From: Toensbergia leucococca
Lineage: Eukaryota
Length of the DNA stretch: 64,000 bases
NCBI GenBank assembly: GCA_022813965.1
Contig: JALDZS010000020.1
Span: forward strand, 1 to 64,000
Direction: 5' to 3'
The position numbers and the translations under genes were made by a program. Below are positions 62,605 through 64,000 of this stretch, piece by piece (positions within the stretch are counted from its first letter, which is position 1; each line of letters opens with the position of its first letter). The notes below the pieces were generated by a model. It saw only the letters and a program-made list of their open reading frames with translations, had not been told where the DNA came from and did not search any database.

Positions 62605-62947
62605 GACGGGTATAAATCGCCTGGACTACCTGAGCATTGACAAAGCATACAATACACGGGCTCCTACGGTGATCACAGAGCAAAGACATTGATCAGCAGC
62701 AATGCTACTATCTACAAACGCTAGCTGCTAGACAGCTAGCCCAATGCAAACTGTACCTTAGGCATGTGGTTTTCATACAGTATTTGTGCCTCTGTTTATG
62801 AGACTATCATTGGCGGTGCTTTGTTGTTATTTATTCAATATGCGGACTCCGAAGTGTATGTTGAGTACTTTTACAGGAAGCTTGCCGTAGATGATCAGGC
62901 AGGGGTGCCAAAGATCTCTACTCGAATGATAAACAATAATCAATCCC

Positions 62948-64000
62948 TCAGTGTGAAGCCTCGGACTCTCCCCTCCTCAAAGCCAGAACGGCTCGGACAT
63001 CAGTGACGTATTGCAGGGCTTCGAGGACGGGGATCAGATGCAGGAGGTCGTTATCCGTAGGATCATTGATCCAACCCTCTATAGGGATCGCATTGTCTGC
63101 GCAATAACCTTCAGTCCCACTTCTTTTACGTGTTTAACGCTTTGCTTACCTTCATGGAAAATGTAGCTTAAAGGGCTGTTGTCAAGTATCATAACCTTGC
63201 TCAGATCGGGCTCGACCGAGCTAAGGTCTTTGATATATGCCCCATTCCTGAATGTGCAGTGCTGACGGTAGTAGCGCCCTGAAAAATACTTCCGCTCTTG
63301 CTCTAACCAGTCAATAACGGGATCCGCATACTCTTGTACCGAAGCTGTGAAGACAACTAGATTGTACCATTTGCAGACTTTGCGAAGAAATTCATCACAG
63401 TGCGGACGCTTATGTACGTAGTAAAGAATTGGATGTTGTGGCCCCAGGGTAGCGCCTCCGAATCCAACAGCTGTATTGAGTTTAACTTCGACCATATGAC
63501 CACTGCTCATTCTGCCACCCTTGGCAAGACTGTGTATCAAAGTCTCATCTAAATCAATAACTAAGGTCTTCTGTCCCAGTTTAGTGGAGACAAGTGGAGA
63601 GGTGAGTGAAGAATAAGATGGTTGTCGTCTTGGGATCAGGGGTCGTGGAGGGGCGGGTGCACGAGGATACTTGGTCATCCGCAGGGATGATGTTGGCGAC
63701 GTCGGCGACTTGAGGTTCGATATAGTGATTGTGGGCTGTTGAATGGCGGAAGAACCCGTAGAATCAGCGCCTGCATCCGCGTTACCTTGTGACCTCTTTG
63801 ATTTCCGTCGCCGGGCCGTGTCTTCGTTGTAGAGTTTTATCCGAATTGATCGTCTCGCTGGGGTGACATCCTCGGATGAAGACGTCGCTTGGGTTCTTGG
63901 TCGAGATGCTGATAGATTGTCTTTTGCATGACTTCCTGAGTTCTCTAGTTCCGAGTCCGAGGCAGCCGAAGAGAAAGAGTTACTCGATCGAGGTTGAGGT
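62948..64000 (-). CDS. NEM1: NIF/CTD-family phosphatase Nem1 (5' part outside the window)
   Basis: LVIDLDETLIHS, GHMVEVKL, YYVHKRP, FTASVQEYADP, KDLS, LDNSP, WINDPTD. Confidence 0.88.

Overview
Gene-dense, intron-containing genomic DNA from a filamentous ascomycete (Pezizomycotina; GT/GC-AG introns with CTRAC branch sites, short intergenic spacers). It carries about 27 protein-coding genes, mostly housekeeping: PCS60-like CoA ligase, SPF45-like splicing factor, ANP1/VAN1-family mannosyltransferase, ECM33, MAG1, QCR7, a mitochondrial NAD carrier, an ABC1 kinase, YFH7, FOL3, SepH/Cdc15 kinase, a Zip3/RNF212-like RING protein, complex I 21.3 kDa subunit, a D-amino-acid oxidase, DOT5, UPS2/MSF1, ECT1, BCAT, GRX5, SHB17 and NEM1. 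There is also a multiply frameshifted PPC-decarboxylase pseudogene. The most unusual content is non-coding: a set of GG-terminated non-autonomous TIR elements. These include a nested pair with two intact 8-bp TSDs, a 1.25-kb foldback element built of about 105-bp repeats, and several copies flanked by INVERTED rather than direct duplications of flanking DNA. Other oddities are CpG-free, C-to-T-eroded AT-rich tracts, a GC-AG intron, and a 3-exon upstream ORF built from a duplicated exon-intron unit in front of the putative meiotic RING gene. Gene identities come from recognising motifs in my own translations, not from database searches, and exon boundaries are manual. No tRNA, rRNA or CRISPR array was seen.
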